A stretch of 64,000 nucleotides of DNA from Nitrospirae bacterium MYbin3 (GCA_002753335.1 PEAD01000005.1:62001-126000), one strand, 5' to 3'; shown: positions 19,287 through 30,036, numbered from the stretch's first letter. Notes: a model not told the origin generated them from the letters alone. Program-made: numbers and translations.

Positions 19287-20512
19287 TCATACCTCAGCGA
19301 CTCTACAGGATTTAATTTCGCCGCGTAATACGACGGATAAAGTGTTGAAAGAAAGCTTATTGCCAATGCGGATATTGACACCGCAAGAAAATCAACCAGC
19401 TTCATTTTGACAGGCAGTTTGCTCAGATAATAAATATCCGCAGGCAGCTTGATTATCTCGTAGTTGTTTATGATTTTACCTAGCGCGTAGCCTCCTGCAA
19501 TACCGAGAGTGGTGCCTATAAGTCCGATAAACAGGCCCTGAAGCATAAAGACCATCATTATCCCGCTGTTGCCTGCGCCCATTGTTTTTAATATGGCTAT
19601 CTCTTTTTGTTTTTCCATGACATTCATCATTAAAGTGCTGACAATATTAAATGAGGCAACCAAAACTATAAGAATAAGTATAACGAACATCGCAAATTTT
19701 TCCAATTTCAGGGCAGAAAAAAGATTTCTGTTCATCTGCATCCAGTCGCGGGCATAGTAAGGGAAGCCTAAAATTTTGCCAACAGAATCCCTTACTTCAG
19801 TTGCCTGATAAATATCCGTAAGCCTCAGCTCTATTCCGGATACATCCTTTCCGTATTTAAAAAAATCCTGAGCCGATTTCATGTCGGTCAGCACAAGGTT
19901 AGTGTCATATTCAAACATACCCATCTCAAATATTGCCGTAACCTTGAACGGCTTCATCTTTGGCAGCATACCGAGAGGCCCCATCTCTCCTACAGGAGAA
20001 ATCACATTTACGCGGTCCCCAACAAATACGCCTAACATAGACGCCAGCTCTTTGCCTATCGCTATAGCCGGAATATCTTTTGATGTCAGAAAACCTTCTG
20101 CCGAGCCATGTTTTATATGCTTAAGAATGTCTGTGGTTTTCAGCTCTGTTGAAGGTTCTATCCCTCTCATAAACACGCCGTGTGCTCTCTTGCCTGATGA
20201 AACCATAACCTGTCCAAGCACAAAAGGAGACATTGCGGCTATGCGCGGCTCAGCTTTCAACTTTTCCATTAATGGATGATAATCGGTAATCCCACCTCTG
20301 TAGCTAAGTATGACAGCATGAGCATTTGCTCCAAGAATCTTCTTTTGCAGATCTTCATGAAAGCCGCTCATAACCGACAGAACAACAAGCAAAGCCATTA
20401 CACCAACCGCTACCCCACCTATCGAAACAACAGTGTTAAAAGAAATGCCTTTGTGACGCTTCTTTGATTTGAGATATCGTAATGATATGAAAAACTGGTA
20501 TGGAAGGTTCAT
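19283..20512 (-). CDS. lolC: Lipoprotein-releasing ABC transporter permease (LolC/E family)
   Basis: GVAVGVMALLVVLSVMSGF, NRNLFSALKLEK, EIAILKTMGA, ESLRYE. Confidence 0.88.
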   Translation of the reverse strand: MNLPYQFFISLRYLKSKKRHKGISFNTVVSIGGVAVGVMALLVVLSVMSGFHEDLQKKILGANAHAVILSYRGGITDYHPLMEKLKAEPRIAAMSPFVLGQVMVSSGKRAHGVFMRGIEPSTELKTTDILKHIKHGSAEGFLTSKDIPAIAIGKELASMLGVFVGDRVNVISPVGEMGPLGMLPKMKPFKVTAIFEMGMFEYDTNLVLTDMKSAQDFFKYGKDVSGIELRLTDIYQATEVRDSVGKILGFPYYARDWMQMNRNLFSALKLEKFAMFVILILIVLVASFNIVSTLMMNVMEKQKEIAILKTMGAGNSGIMMVFMLQGLFIGLIGTTLGIAGGYALGKIINNYEIIKLPADIYYLSKLPVKMKLVDFLAVSISALAISFLSTLYPSYYAAKLNPVESLRYE

Positions 20513-20617
20513 GTATGTATAAACAAAACCTTAGCTGACAAGGATGCAAGAGATCTAGATATCATGCGTACAGTCTATCACCGCCGCCGAAAAGGTGTCA
20601 ACGCAAGATTGATTTTT

Positions 20618-21022
20618 TTAAAAAAGCATGTCTTTGACGGATGATACAAGGCTTATGTAGGCTATTACCTTGTTGCCTTTGGTTTTATAGCTGATATCAA
20701 GAATGTCCGAAACCCCATATGAGAGGGGATAGTATAAAGGCCTGAGTTCAAAACCAACAACTTGATCATTGTCATCCACTATTTTAGAAAATTGTGAATG
20801 AGAAAATGAACCGTCGCCTTTCACAAAATCTTCCGCCTTCTGAATAGCTTCGCTGTCGCTGATTCCTTTCATGATTTTTAGATTAAAATTGGGAGTATAA
20901 GGTTCAATAGTGTAGCGGCCATCTTCTTTATAAAAGAATGCTGCCTTTCCCATATTGTTGCTATATAAAATGAGAGTAAAAACTCCCTTGACTTCACTTG
21001 CTTTTGCATCATGAGTAGTCAT
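20618..21022 (-). CDS. Hypothetical protein
   Basis: 134-aa ORF filling the gap; no motif recognised. Confidence 0.5.
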   Translation of the reverse strand: MTTHDAKASEVKGVFTLILYSNNMGKAAFFYKEDGRYTIEPYTPNFNLKIMKGISDSEAIQKAEDFVKGDGSFSHSQFSKIVDDNDQVVGFELRPLYYPLSYGVSDILDISYKTKGNKVIAYISLVSSVKDMLF

Positions 21023-21143
21023 AGTTTTGATTGTACCATAGTGCCCATCTTTTATTGACAGTTAGCATTCTGAGACAGTATCATCCATTTTGTTTATATG
21101 CATCTAAAATGATAAAGTTTAAAGACAAAGAGAAACAAAATAA

Positions 21144-22781
21144 ATGGGCGCAATCCCTATTTTAAGCCGCCGTTCTTTTTTGCAAAAAAGCGCTCTTCTT
21201 GCCGCATCCTCTGCAGGACTTATATCCTGCAAAAAAATATCTTCTAATAAAAAAAATAATTTTACTGGCGGCATAGTCGGTTCTAACCTCAAGGCAGGGC
21301 ATATACTTCTTGAACATAAAAACTTTGCACCCACCTCTACAGAAAAAGCCGGAATCGTTATTGTTGGGGGTGGTATTGCCGGACTTTCTGCTGCTCGGGA
21401 ATTAAAAAAACTCCGCTTTGAAGACTTTGTGATGCTTGAGATTGAGGATAATGTTGGCGGCAACTCGATAAGCGGCTTCAATTCTGTATCGGCTTATCCA
21501 TGGGGAGCTCATTATGTGCCGCTTCCGGGTGAAGATGCAGTGTTCGTCAGGGAGCTTTTCGAAGAGCTTGGCGTCATACAAGGGTATGACAAAAAAGGGC
21601 TTCCGGTGTATAACGAATTCTATCTTTGCTCAGATCCTCAGGAGAGGCTCTTTATACATGGCCGGTGGCAGGAAGGTCTTGTTCCACAATTGGGCATATC
21701 CGAAAAGGACAGGCGCCAGTATAAAGAATTTTTCGGTGAGATGAAAAAGTTGAAAAACGAGAGAGGTCGTGACCGGAAGCGCGCTTTTTCGATACCATTA
21801 GACCTCAGTTCTCAGGACAGCAGATTTCTTAAATACGATGCAATAAATATGGGGCAATTCATGGCTGACCATGGCTGGGATTCCAAATACCTTAATTGGT
21901 ACGTTGACTACTGCTGCCGTGATGATTACGGATGCACAATGCAAAACACATCAGCGTGGGCTGGTATTCACTATTTTGCATCCAGATATGGCAGGGCCTC
22001 AAATGCTGATCCTTCTGCAGTGCTGACATGGCCTGAAGGCAACGGGTGGCTTGTGAATAAAATGAGGACTGATATCCAGAATAATATAATATGCAATGCA
22101 TGCGTTATGAATATAGAAAGCGTCGGTGATAATGTTGCTGTGGATTACTACGACATAAAACGAAAAACCACTGCACGGATAATCGCAAAAGCTGTTATTT
22201 ACTCTGCACCAAGATTTACCGCTTTCAAAACAATAAAGGCTTTCAGAGAGAAATTGCCGGAGTATGCAAACAGCCTCTCCTACGCGCCATGGATGATCGC
22301 AAACATAACGCTCAAAGGGAATCTTGACGGCAAAGGGGCCACACTTTCTTGGGACAATGTTAAGTATAAAAATGACGCGCTTGGCTACATTGCAGCCAGA
22401 CATCAGGATATTGCCTTGCACAAAGCTAAGCAAGTCATAACATATTATCATCCGCTTACCGCAGGAAACCCTTCCGAAGAAAGGCGCAAAGCGCTAAAAA
22501 CTTCTTATGAAGAATGGGCTGAAAAAATCATAAAAGATGTTTCTAGCATGCACCCTGATATAGATATTGGAGTAGAAGAAATTAATGTCTGGCTTTGGGG
22601 ACATGCGATGGTGAGGCCTTTGCCCGGTTTTATCTGGGGTAATGCTAGGCAAAAAACACTGCATCCGGTTGGGAAGATATATTTTGCCCATTCTGACATG
22701 AGCGGGATATCAATCTTTGAGGAAGCCCAATACAGAGGAGTTGCAGCTTCTAAAAAAGCCCTTAATGAAATCTCAACCTAG
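21144..22781 (+). CDS. FAD-dependent oxidoreductase (amine-oxidase-like) with Tat/lipoprotein signal
   Basis: SRRSFLQ...LISC; IVGGGIAGLSAA; VGGNS; YPWGAHY; SIFEEAQYRG. Confidence 0.85.
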   Translation: MGAIPILSRRSFLQKSALLAASSAGLISCKKISSNKKNNFTGGIVGSNLKAGHILLEHKNFAPTSTEKAGIVIVGGGIAGLSAARELKKLRFEDFVMLEIEDNVGGNSISGFNSVSAYPWGAHYVPLPGEDAVFVRELFEELGVIQGYDKKGLPVYNEFYLCSDPQERLFIHGRWQEGLVPQLGISEKDRRQYKEFFGEMKKLKNERGRDRKRAFSIPLDLSSQDSRFLKYDAINMGQFMADHGWDSKYLNWYVDYCCRDDYGCTMQNTSAWAGIHYFASRYGRASNADPSAVLTWPEGNGWLVNKMRTDIQNNIICNACVMNIESVGDNVAVDYYDIKRKTTARIIAKAVIYSAPRFTAFKTIKAFREKLPEYANSLSYAPWMIANITLKGNLDGKGATLSWDNVKYKNDALGYIAARHQDIALHKAKQVITYYHPLTAGNPSEERRKALKTSYEEWAEKIIKDVSSMHPDIDIGVEEINVWLWGHAMVRPLPGFIWGNARQKTLHPVGKIYFAHSDMSGISIFEEAQYRGVAASKKALNEIST

Positions 22782-22782
22782 C

Positions 22783-23829
22783 TTATTTAGCCGGCTCTGA
22801 GATGTTATTTCTGATGCCGGTAATATCCTTCTCGATATGAACCACCTGAGTTAACTTACCAGATTCATCTTTAATCGGATATACCGCAACCTCGACAAAT
22901 TTCTTTTGCTTGTTTTTATCATAATGAACATGCTCTGTAGAAATCGGCTTCCCGGTCAACAAAGCATCAATAAGTGGGCAGGCATCATCAGGTGCAGTGC
23001 ATACATCATTTTTCTTATGTGTTACAGCATAGCATGTTTTTCCTATAACATCTTCAGAGCTCGTTCCGAACTCTGTGATAAATGCCCTATTAGCGCTAAG
23101 TATCCTATAATCTTTTACGTCTATTACACAGATAGGGTATGTGATACTGTCAAGAACTTTTTTTGTAAAATCTTCAGACTTTTTTGCAGATTCTTCTTGC
23201 TCTTTAAGATGCTCCATATTACTGCTCTGACGTCCAAGAGTAATAATAAGAACTATAAAAAAGAAGAAGAACACAGCTGCCGGTATGGTTGTTGCGTTTG
23301 TAAGCACGGTATTCAGGTCCGTAATCCTCTTTGTCACATCATAATAAATTTCCATTGCCCCTATAAACTGATCCTTATTCATTATTGGGACATAAGTCTC
23401 AACAACATCCATAAAAACATTCTGGTCTTCCAGCGATTTAGAGTTTTTTCTTATAAGCTTGGTATAAGGTCTGCCCTTGGCAACTATGCTGTGAAAGTAA
23501 GTTTTTTGATTTATTTCGCCAATCTCTTTGCTTTCTGATGAGTAAAGGATTTCACCTGAAGGCGAAAACGTTTTAAACTTCATTATATTGAACTGTGATC
23601 TGATAATGTCTATATCATGTTTTATATCAGATGCTCTTTTCATTTTATAATCCGGTGTTACTACAGACTCCCTGAGCCTTATCGCAAGCCTCATCGCTTC
23701 ATTCTCGCTGCCTTTGATAATAATCTGGGTAAAAGAAGGATAGATGACATAAAAGTTTATGATAGGTAGGCTTGCAGCCAGCAATATGAAAATCAGCAGA
23801 ATGTTTCTTGAATATTTATTTCTAAACAT
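22783..23829 (-). CDS. Membrane-bound sensor (2 TM, periplasmic domain, PAS) with no output domain
   Basis: TM-periplasmic-TM, then PAS with CY..TH....C.....CP, ending after KDIT. Confidence 0.75.
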   Translation of the reverse strand: MFRNKYSRNILLIFILLAASLPIINFYVIYPSFTQIIIKGSENEAMRLAIRLRESVVTPDYKMKRASDIKHDIDIIRSQFNIMKFKTFSPSGEILYSSESKEIGEINQKTYFHSIVAKGRPYTKLIRKNSKSLEDQNVFMDVVETYVPIMNKDQFIGAMEIYYDVTKRITDLNTVLTNATTIPAAVFFFFFIVLIITLGRQSSNMEHLKEQEESAKKSEDFTKKVLDSITYPICVIDVKDYRILSANRAFITEFGTSSEDVIGKTCYAVTHKKNDVCTAPDDACPLIDALLTGKPISTEHVHYDKNKQKKFVEVAVYPIKDESGKLTQVVHIEKDITGIRNNISEPAK

Positions 23830-23878
23830 TTAGGTTTATTATATAATACCTTCCGGTTATTAAATGCAATATTTTTAT

Positions 23879-24079
23879 TTATCCCTTTAGTCGTCTCGCG
23901 GTGACAGTTTCACCACCGATTCCCCAGTTGTCTGTTTCTACCTCATCAATGAGAACAAATGTGGTTTGAGGATTTTTGCCAAGAACATCTGACAGCAGTT
24001 GAGTTACACCCTTTATAAGTTCAGCTTTCTTCTCGGAAGTAACTCCATCTTTAGTAATCTTGATATTCACATAAGGCAT
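23879..24079 (-). CDS. 4-oxalocrotonate tautomerase family protein
   Basis: MPYVNIKIT (catalytic Pro1), NWGIGG. Confidence 0.9.
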   Translation of the reverse strand: MPYVNIKITKDGVTSEKKAELIKGVTQLLSDVLGKNPQTTFVLIDEVETDNWGIGGETVTARRLKG

Positions 24080-24097
24080 AAAATTCACCTCCTGCCT

Positions 24098-25657
24098 TTA
24101 CTTAAATCTCTCTTTGAACCTTGCTTCGCCTATCCGCTTTTTTATCGCAAGCAGATAAAGATTTTCATACTTCTTTGCCGAATCTTCCCAAGTGAAGCGC
24201 TGCCTCATGCCTCTTTTGGCGAGTCTATCTATGGCCTCTCTGCGGTTATAATACAGATGAACAGCCCACCCTGTCGTTCCGATAATCGCCTCCGGTGTAG
24301 GGTCGTTAAATTTAAATCCTGTTCCATCACCTGTTTCGTCATTGTAGTTTTCTACAGTATCATTAAGGCCTCCAACAGCCCTTACTATAGGCACAGAGCC
24401 GTATCTTAAGCTGAACATCTGGTTGAGTCCGCAGGGTTCAAAACGCGACGGCATGAGAAAAAAATCGGAGCCGGCCTCTATCTTGTGCGCTAGTGGATTG
24501 CTGTATCCGATGTAACATCCGAATCTGCCCGGATACTTTGAGCACAAATCGCTGAAAAAATGATGCGCCCATGGCTCGCCGTTGCCGAGCAAAACAAACT
24601 GCACATCCCAGCTCATCATACGATGAATAGCACCAGACAGAATATCTATGCCTTTTTGTTTAACAAGCCTCGATACCATCCCTATTACAGGTACTTCAGG
24701 CCTTTCATTTAACTTAAACTCTTTTTGAAGATCAATTTTGCATAAAGCCTTGCCCGACATATCAGTTTCTGAATAGTTTGCGGCTATAAGCTTATCCGTT
24801 TCAGGATTCCACTCCTCGTAATCAACTCCGTTTAAAATTCCGTGGAGGTCCGGGGCACGCTCACGAAGTACTCCGCCAAGTCGCCAATCATGGGCCGGAG
24901 TTCTTATTTCTTCAGAATAGGTCTGGCTCACCGCATTAAGGAGTGTCGCATGATACAACCCTCCCTTTAAAAGATTTGTCCTTCCATAAAACTCGAGGCC
25001 GCGCGGATTAAAATGCTCACGTCCTATATCGAGCACATCCATCAATCCCCTATAAAAGTCACCCTGATGCTGCATATTGTGAATAGTCAGAAGAGTTGCG
25101 CAGTCACCGAGCAATGCGTCATAGCGATATGCTGTGTTCAGAAAAACAGGAACTATTGCTGTATGCCAGTCATGCACATGGATTACATCAGGCTTAAAGA
25201 AAAGAGTTTTGCACAGCTCCAGCGCGGCTCGTGAAAGAAAAACGAATCGGTTGTCATTGTCCAAAAATCCCTTGCCGTCTTTTGAATACAGACCGCTGTC
25301 CCGGCCAAAAAAGTTTTCGTGCTCTATGAAATATATCGGCACCATTGAGCCCGGCAGCCTGCCTTCATAAACTGAGCACCACATCATGCCGATAACTCCC
25401 ATCCAGACACCCATAGGCCCTGCAACCAGCTTAAGCCCGTATTTTTCTTTGTCCACCCTATAGTATCGCGGGATTACAACACGCACATCATGCCCGGCTG
25501 CATGCAAAAATTTGGGCAGTGTACCCACCACATCGCCAAGCCCTCCCTCTTTTGCAAAAGGAGCGGCCTCGGACGCCACACATAATATGTTCATCTTATG
25601 AGTTTCCTGTATTTCAGGCCTTTTCTTGTTTTTTTTCACAGCTCCAATAATTTCCAT
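24098..25657 (-). CDS. glgA: Glycogen synthase
   Basis: SEAAPFAKEGGLGDV, HVHDWHT, SRLVKQKG, MPSRFEPCGLNQ; alternative start at ATG 25594. Confidence 0.93.
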   Translation of the reverse strand: MEIIGAVKKNKKRPEIQETHKMNILCVASEAAPFAKEGGLGDVVGTLPKFLHAAGHDVRVVIPRYYRVDKEKYGLKLVAGPMGVWMGVIGMMWCSVYEGRLPGSMVPIYFIEHENFFGRDSGLYSKDGKGFLDNDNRFVFLSRAALELCKTLFFKPDVIHVHDWHTAIVPVFLNTAYRYDALLGDCATLLTIHNMQHQGDFYRGLMDVLDIGREHFNPRGLEFYGRTNLLKGGLYHATLLNAVSQTYSEEIRTPAHDWRLGGVLRERAPDLHGILNGVDYEEWNPETDKLIAANYSETDMSGKALCKIDLQKEFKLNERPEVPVIGMVSRLVKQKGIDILSGAIHRMMSWDVQFVLLGNGEPWAHHFFSDLCSKYPGRFGCYIGYSNPLAHKIEAGSDFFLMPSRFEPCGLNQMFSLRYGSVPIVRAVGGLNDTVENYNDETGDGTGFKFNDPTPEAIIGTTGWAVHLYYNRREAIDRLAKRGMRQRFTWEDSAKKYENLYLLAIKKRIGEARFKERFK

Positions 25658-25701
25658 AACCGATATTCTAATGCATATGACCTAAGCTTTTAAAGAATGC
25701 C

Positions 25702-28700
25702 CTATTTAAGCCTGAAGTCAACTCTACTGTCTTTCAGTTTTTCCTTTTTCTCTGGCTGAATGGTCTTAGGCTCAACAAGAAACACCCTCTCCTGCTCAAC
25801 CTGCTTAGACTTCGCAAGATGCTCCTTGACCTTCAACGCTCTCTGCGCCGCAAGGAACCGCAGGTCATCTTCCTTTACAACTATATGCGTAAACATCAGT
25901 TTTTCCATCTCTGAAGCCGGCAGGTCTTTCAAAAGACCGACCATATTTCTCGGCTTAGGAAATTTATCTTCCTTGTAAGCCATCGTAAGATATTTAAGAT
26001 GCTCCTCTTTTTCGATCTTAACAGAATCAACAGACGCAGGAGCAGCGCCCTTTTTCAAAAGCTCTTTATGTTTCTGGGCTTTCAGTTTGCGTTTAAAAAT
26101 ATTCTGCCGCAAACCCTCGGTGTCCCGTTCAATATCAGCGTGGCCCTCTATTTCAAGCTTCAACGACGGCCTGTCGATGAGCGCTTTTATTATGCTGCTT
26201 AACTTCTTTTCGCCTTCCGGATTAATGTCAAAGCTCCCGTATTCAAAATCGAGATGGCTCAGTTCATCACCTCCGCCGAATATAGCTCCTAGCAGCGCAA
26301 ACGGCGAAGTTGCGGCCTTTACCAGAATATTCAAAAGTATCTTGCCCACAATTCCCCAGATGCTGAACTTGGGATCATCGAGAGATCCTGTAACCGGCAG
26401 GCTAAGATCAATCTCACCCTTCCTGTTTTTTAGCAGGGCTATCGCAAGACGCACAGGCAGTTTTGTGGCTGTAGGGCTTTCTATCGAATCCCCAAGTGTA
26501 AACTGATCCAGAAACACATTGTTCTGGGAATCTATCTTCTTCTTCACTATTAGATATTTCAGGTCAAGAGACAGCTTGCCCTTTTCTATCGAATATCCTA
26601 TGAACTTGCCCGAATAAGGCGTAAGCGGGCTCAGCTCCATATTCTTAAAATCAACCTTAAGGTCAACGAACAGGTCTTCCTTAAGAGGATTTATCTTGCC
26701 CTTTATCTCAAGCGGGGCATAGTTTTCTAGCTTGCCCTGTAGATCAACATCAGCAAGTGTAGTATCATCTGATGATAGGCCCGAAACCCTGCCTCCTATC
26801 TCGCTCAGATTGACCGTATAGTTAGGCTTGATATGCCGGTCAGAAAAGTTTACGGTTCCGCCCTGAAGAGAAAGAGAGTTGATTTTAACCATCTTCTTGG
26901 ATTGAGCAGCAGAAGCATTATCCGGGGCTGCTGATTTATCTGACGCTAAAGATACATTATCGTTTCCGGCAGTCTTGTTGTCCGATTGCTTTGCGACAAT
27001 ACCCTGCACATTAAGACTGCCGTCTGCATTTACTATCAGCCTTGAATAAAAATCGGTCAGCGCAATCTGGTCAATAGTAATATCCATAGGCGAGGTGTTA
27101 AGGTCTATGCCGCCGAAATACAATGATTTCCATTTCAGAAAATCATCAGAATTAATCTTATCGATAGAAGAGAAATTATTTATCGAAGCATCGCCCTTAA
27201 ATACAGCCCTAATCTTTTCCTGCTCATCTTTGGATATGCTTAGCGCGCCCTTTGACGAGATTCCTCCGTCGGTTATTTCTATCCGCAGCTTGTCAGAAAA
27301 ATAAGGCTCAAACGGGGCTATCGCAATATTTTTCAGGTCAAGGTCTATATTAGCAAACAGCGGCTCGATGCCTATGCCTCCTGATGCCTGAAGCATGCCG
27401 CTGTCATTCAGTATCAGTGAAGCCGACACCTTGCCATTTCTGTTTTTAAGAGTTGAGATTAAAAGTAGCAGGAAAAATAATCACCTGTGGCTCTTTATCA
27501 CCCTTCTCGAATTTATATTTGACGGATGCGTTGAGTTCTCCCTGCTCGACCGTAAAATTAAGCTTCTTGTCGTAATAAGCGGCATATTTCTTGGGCTGAA
27601 GCTTCTTGATTTCGACTACGCCCTCCGAGATGAGCGGCTCCAAACCAAAGGCCCCAGAAACCTTCACGGTTTCTTTCGCTTCGGTCTGCATCGAAAATTC
27701 AAGCCCTCCGCTCTTGCCCTTAGCATTGCTGAAGTTTTTAACAGTCAAATCTATAGGTTCTATGCTTGTTTGAAAAGGCTTTTCATTGGAATTATCCGAA
27801 AAGCGGACCTTGCTTTTTGCTATCTGGAAATTATCAATTTCAAGCTGAAGAGGCTTTGCATCTTTGTCTTCTGCTTTCACCTTTTTCTCGTCAGACTTTC
27901 CATCTTTCTTCGGAGCTAAAGAAGCAAAATTTATCTTTCCATCAGAATCCTTTAATACATTTAAATCGAGCGCATCGATAAAGATTTTTTCAATGTGAAA
28001 CTGCTTGGCCATAACATCAGAAGGCGCAAGCGCAACCTCAAGCAAAGGCAGTTCGAGCAGCTTAGCCTGCTTTGCATCGTTAAGAACAAAACGGCTTAAA
28101 GCCGCATTGCCCTTCAGCGTAAGCGTGGGCTGTTTGTCCTTATGCTGAACATACGAGACATTCATGTTCAGGTCAAACAGGCCCGACGGGATACTGAATT
28201 TCAGTTTTTCGGGCGAATACGCGAGATAGTAAGGGATATCCAATCCCTTGAGGTTGATGTCCATTATGGTTTCGAGAGAATTGCTGAAAGGCTTGGTCTT
28301 TCCCTTGAAGGCAACATTGTAATTGTTGACCTTGGCCTCAAATGAAGGTTCAACAAATGTTTCGATGCTGTACGGCAGATTCGATACAAATGGAACAGAA
28401 ATATTCATATCCGAAATTTTATGATTCTTGTTCTTGGGGGTATCTGTAAAATCTATCTTGCCGCCCACAATCCTGATGTTGTTAAGAGAGAACTTAAAAT
28501 CTGACGGTTTTTCTTCTTTCTTTTCCTTAGGTTTAATCAAATCAGAAAAATTGTATAAATGCTCATCCTTTCTCACAATATTTACAAAAGGCTTTTCGAT
28601 AATTATTTCGCGCAGGACAAGACCCATTTTTACGAGAGAAATCGACTCAAGGTTAATGTAAAGCCTATCTAACGAAACAAAAGCAGCCGAACCATCAGGC

Positions 28701-28915
28701 TCATTTATCTTAAAGCCTTTTATCGTAAGCGAAAGCGCAAACGGATTCATAGAAACAGACTGAACGCTTACCTGTCTGTGAAGCTGCTCAGACGCCTTGC
28801 TCACAATCAAAGATTTAATAATAGGCGGGGCAATAAAAAAACCGGCAATACTCACAACCACAATAAAAGCTGTTAGTGCTTTAAGTGCTGTTTTAAAATT
28901 AAATTGAAATTTCAT
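25702..28915 (-). pseudogene. DUF748 (AsmA-like) envelope protein split into two ORFs (27446-28915 and 25702-27429)
   Basis: Repeated DUF748-like segments in both ORFs; C-terminal LPVRLAIALLKNRKGEIDLSLPVTGSLDDP and OmpA-like tail; frame break at about 27449-27459. Confidence 0.7.
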
Positions 28916-29360
28916 ATAGACCTGACAACCTCCTCGGTTGGTTTGAGTAAACTATCTTAATTTTATCATGTAAATGAATAAAATTTGTTTTTAAAAATCA
29001 GAACTTAATCTATACAGGCAACGTCAAGCAAGGGATATTCTAAAACGCGTTGCAAAATATACGCTAGATGTCAGGATTACGAAAAGTTCTTCGAGGGTCT
29101 CTACGTCACAAAAAATACTCTAATACTGCCGTTAGTGTCCGACTATAGTATTGGACAATTTTTTTCTTCCTGCAATATTTACCCCCCAGATATTCTAAAT
29201 GCTACAAGGTTCCAAGTGGAAATAAACACAGCATAAGGATATTTTTGCTTTATATTGACACAAAAGCCTATACATCTTGATTTTTTGATAGAAACAATGT
29301 AATTTCAAGGCAACAGTTTGAAATGGCGAGCCTTGGGGGAATGTTGGCGCTATCTGACTA

Positions 29361-29409
29361 ACATTACAAAAAGAGTATTAGCGGGAAGCTATCTAATAAC
29401 TGGTTGGGC
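29361..29409 (+). other. attI-like site (L ATCTAAT-N5-R GTTGGGC) preceded by a dif-like 28-mer
   Basis: ACATTACAAAA-AGAGTA-TTAGCGGGAAG-CT-ATCTAAT-AACTG-GTTGGGC; the R box is the exact reverse complement of the attC1 inverse core GCCCAAC. Confidence 0.6.
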
Positions 29410-29450
29410 GGGCTCATGAAGGAGCCGGACGAAGCACAAAAAAACAAGAA

Positions 29451-29951
29451 GTGATGAGGACTATGAGCATGTGGCAAGAGATATGGAATACCGTGCTGTC
29501 GGAATTCTCTGATATCCCAGATGCGACGGAGATTACACGTATCACACTACGCATTTTGGTTGCTGCGGCCCTTGGCGGTCTACTTGGTTACGAACGGGAG
29601 AAGCAAGGCAAGAGTGCGGGGGTACGAACGCATATGCTGGTTGCCATTGGGGCGGCGCTCTTCGTCCTCATTCCCCAACAAGCCGGGGCATCAACCGCAG
29701 ATTTAACTCGGGTGTTGCAGGGACTGGTCGCCGGGGTGGGGTTCCTTGGAGCCGGAGCCATAATTTTGGGAACCAAACAAGTGGAGACTCGGGGGTTGAC
29801 TACGGCAGCAGGCATATGGGTAACAGCAGCAATCGGCGTGGCTGCATGAATGGGGCGGGAATCTACTGCCATCCTGAGCACTCTTGTAGCCCTATTCGTC
29901 CTTTCCGTAGTTCCTTGGATCGTACAAGATAACAGAAAAAGTAAAGAATGA
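29451..29951 (+). pseudogene. MgtC/SapB family membrane protein with an internal TGA (cassette 1)
   Basis: GYERE..GKSAGVRTHMLV, GVGFLGAG, GLTTAAGIW.TAAIGVAA*MGRESTAILST; frame continues to TGA 29949-29951. Confidence 0.8.
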
Positions 29952-29973
29952 AGCGGGGGCAAAGTGTTGTTAA

Positions 29974-30036
29974 GCCCAACCCGTCGCTCAAGCGGGACGC
30001 CGCAGAAGAGCGGCGCCCCTTAGCTTCAAGTTAGGC
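29974..30036 (+). other. attC site 1
   Basis: GCCCAAC ccgtc GCTCAAGCGGGACGCCGC...GCGGCGCCCCTTAGC ttcaa GTTAGGC; imperfect palindrome. Confidence 0.92.

Noticed and set aside
28916..29360. intI remnant or yybP-ykoY riboswitch upstream of the cassettes
   Set aside because: No recognisable recombinase residues on reading, and CCTTGGGGGAATG does not match the GGGGAGUAG riboswitch core
29847..29875. Selenocysteine recoding of the MgtC TGA
   Set aside because: The family position is Gly in a TM helix, not Cys, and the small downstream hairpin is too close and weak for a bacterial SECIS
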